Shown here piece by piece: positions 63,401 through 64,000 of a DNA stretch of 64,000 nucleotides. Made by a program: the position numbers and the translations under genes. Under the pieces are notes generated by a model, which worked only from the letters and a program-made list of their open reading frames with translations, did not search any database and had not been told where the DNA came from. The number at the start of each line of letters is the position of its first letter. The first letter of the stretch is position 1. Location: NCBI GenBank assembly GCA_016933215.1, contig JAFGBH010000005.1:3779-67778 (forward strand), read 5' to 3'. The DNA is from Deltaproteobacteria bacterium. Lineage in GTDB: Bacteria; Desulfobacterota; Syntrophia; Syntrophales; UBA2210.

Positions 63401-63506
63401 CCAACTCTTTGTTAACGGAGTAGTGGGCAAGAACTTTTCCAGAGCACTTTCTTTCTACCTCGACAGATCGGCGGAATACCTATGCGAGATCAGGAAGGTA
63501 GTATAG
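60492..63506 (+). CDS. Large orphan protein: ~640-aa cytoplasmic N-region + ~5-6 TM segments + ~130-aa C-region; no domain recognised
   Basis: ORF track gives 60465..63506; I prefer the ATG at 60492 (MKKGTRKILF...). TM candidates include WIKVLCGFVPAFVTFFL, WWLLAYFGAFIWFGITGL, LLFTGFSVPLLDYIVKTVIL, VALYSVMAVANGLYI and FFRTVISIPLALLLNIFAGGIL. Confidence 0.7.
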   Translation: MKKGTRKILFDREDRELLVIVSEVLNRDISRKYIKNLLNPYLHPHGIKEMAASRELRIAYAVVHLLNSLEVGEEKDRLAALRLLRDEVLYSTKSYLRKNTARVLIQIMKRLVRSEGDSISRLELAHDFRMVATGKPRVVREQLRRYHLLEMSEEWNQIATDDHVHDVNTKGRKSPTHLIMDAWIKGIRRLKVVYYNYVRSDVAAELLEAAEIMGIRVRIGVELSSRFRNRYVQFIWAPRGLLDAQDYLKFLEEPEVKAFTEEGRIVSEYKGRFVLSVLREFNERHRKEIGECYGIEIPFLEEKEFRTFVGTGQVSILHLAEFIHSKILPEMRARTAELRNLYNGAESDEKNRLMSLVEEMNVLDSEAIVEKYLRPSCNPNIPDPNVPRDDPDVPQLLMLSPRELIGRMTRLHSGYSITLGLTDLAIEDVLELLYDCRGMITHLENFNLKDYIMGRNPHYSKINELQRAINDGNVIYLKRIITDIIKGLKVSDHDRGGDRIAKFIHILHDIEAFQSYYKGSNLRSRVGSDSTGRSHHLYGMGMVIKDTLPSRAQREIKKSPPTSRLIVPIHTGVFLRVNYIPRTITNSLLDTVYRLSSRFPGLTFMGKKRREEWEIMRYSTMIGTKGNVVTLGGIDEESSNELYLTPPERRKEGPQISWTYMNSSLKNWIKVLCGFVPAFVTFFLTKDWWLLAYFGAFIWFGITGLRNILQSVLGGGGIRRSPLLRWNDYVNWERLTDSLLFTGFSVPLLDYIVKTVILDRMFGITVATGPVALYSVMAVANGLYISTHNAFRGLQRGVVVGNFFRTVISIPLALLLNIFAGGILSGFGIAGADLILQKWAAIISKAASDCVAGVIEGLADRYQNIRIRLRDYRGKLEQIFDTYTRMEILFPESDVLEMLESPKRLIRRIKEKASDLEKIVIINALDLLYFWMYQPRAESALKMIVREMSHEERQIFIRTQTVLERNREISQLFVNGVVGKNFSRALSFYLDRSAEYLCEIRKVV

Positions 63507-63514
63507 CGGAACGA

Positions 63515-64000
63515 TTACTTTTCCCTTTCAACAAGTCCCTTAACAAACCATCGCTGCATGAAGAGGACCACAAGAATCGGCGGCAGCATCACAAGCAGCG
63601 AACCGGCAAGAGCGACATTCCAGTAGGGCACGTCATCCGCCGCTGGAATCAGGTGTTGAAGACCGATAACGGCGGTCATCATCTTCGGGTTTGTCGTAAT
63701 AAGCAGAGGCCAGAGGTACTGATTCCAGCCGTAGACGAACTCGATCACCACGAGGGCGGCGATATTCGTCTTGGAGAGCGGAAGGAGGATCTTCCTGAAA
63801 AAGGTCATGGCCGAAGCCCCGTCCATCTTTGCCGCCTCGCAGAGCTCTTCCGGTATGGTGAGGAAGAACTGCCGGAAGAGAAAGGTGCAGGTCGCTGAAG
63901 CGATCAGGGGCATTATAAGGCCCGTGTAACTGTCCAAGAGACTCCACTCCAGCGTTACTTCAATGTCATGTCCCGCGATCCAGTTTGCGAGGCCGTCAAG
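63515..64000 (-). CDS. Carbohydrate/glycerol-3-phosphate-type ABC transporter permease (MalG/UgpE-like), N-terminus outside window
   Basis: EAAKMDGASAMTFFRKILLPLSKTNIAALVVIEFVYGWNQYLWPLL contains the EAA loop motif. The reading frame continues to the window end. Confidence 0.85.
   Translation of the reverse strand, partial: LDGLANWIAGHDIEVTLEWSLLDSYTGLIMPLIASATCTFLFRQFFLTIPEELCEAAKMDGASAMTFFRKILLPLSKTNIAALVVIEFVYGWNQYLWPLLITTNPKMMTAVIGLQHLIPAADDVPYWNVALAGSLLVMLPPILVVLFMQRWFVKGLVEREK

Noticed and set aside
1-64000. Searched by eye for tRNA, rRNA, tmRNA, RNase P or SRP signatures, CRISPR repeat-spacer arrays, IS elements, integrases and phage genes
   Set aside because: I found no regularly spaced direct repeats, no tRNA-like T-arm (GGTTCGAATCC-type) in intergenic DNA, and no transposase or integrase ORFs. 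Absence is by inspection only and should be confirmed with tRNAscan-SE, Infernal, CRISPR-finder and ISfinder searches.

Overview
Dense bacterial chromosomal segment with about 58 protein-coding genes. By eye I found no rRNA, tRNA, CRISPR array, transposase, integrase or phage gene. The gene content (class III PHA synthase, PhaJ-linked PHA locus, HD-GYP, AsmA, MMPL and RND exporters, radical SAM/SPASM, moderate GC) suggests an anaerobic Desulfobacterota/Syntrophia-like organism; this is inference only. Blocks from left to right: (1) arsR plus ArsP-like permease (1-1.5 kb). (2) Membrane methyltransferase, secreted protein, a 0.8-kb AT-rich gap, MMPL exporter, DUF255 thioredoxin-domain protein, MscS and small redox genes (1.8-11.3 kb). 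(3) A 9-kb polyhydroxyalkanoate supercluster (11.6-20.5 kb): phaZ-like, phaR, two tandem phasin-like genes, a divergent 531-aa PhaC-like synthase translationally coupled to a PhaE/PhaR-like subunit, phaJ, a GAF-GAF protein and a classical class III phaE-phaC pair. (4) Envelope genes including AsmA (20.6-24.6 kb). (5) An MFP-RND efflux pair whose RND protein carries an extra ~206-aa C-terminal TM plus PH-like module (25.1-29.9 kb). (6) Dodecin. (7) An HTH / ExeA-like AAA ATPase / TPR trio preceded by a (TG)10(TA)4 microsatellite (31-33.9 kb). (8) MATE. (9) A GC-rich gene for a ~770-aa Gly/Tyr/Asp-rich repeat lipoprotein (36.3-38.6 kb). (10) A HEAT-repeat plus HD-GYP operon. (11) A divergent glycosylation cluster (42.5-48.8 kb): GT-C/TPR, a CapK-like ligase interrupted by one in-frame TAG, and GNAT on one strand; GT2 and radical SAM-SPASM on the other. 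(12) lexA-dinB with a Cheo-type SOS box, divergent from the conserved pgpA-cinA-thpR-recA-recX-alaS string (48.9-57.8 kb). (13) CaCA antiporter, GNAT and RHH protein. (14) A 1004-aa orphan membrane protein (60.5-63.5 kb). (15) The end of a sugar ABC permease. The signal least explained by gene annotation is a superfamily of GC-rich palindromic intergenic repeats, with at least 8 copies (about one per 8 kb), conserved ends and variable hairpin interiors.
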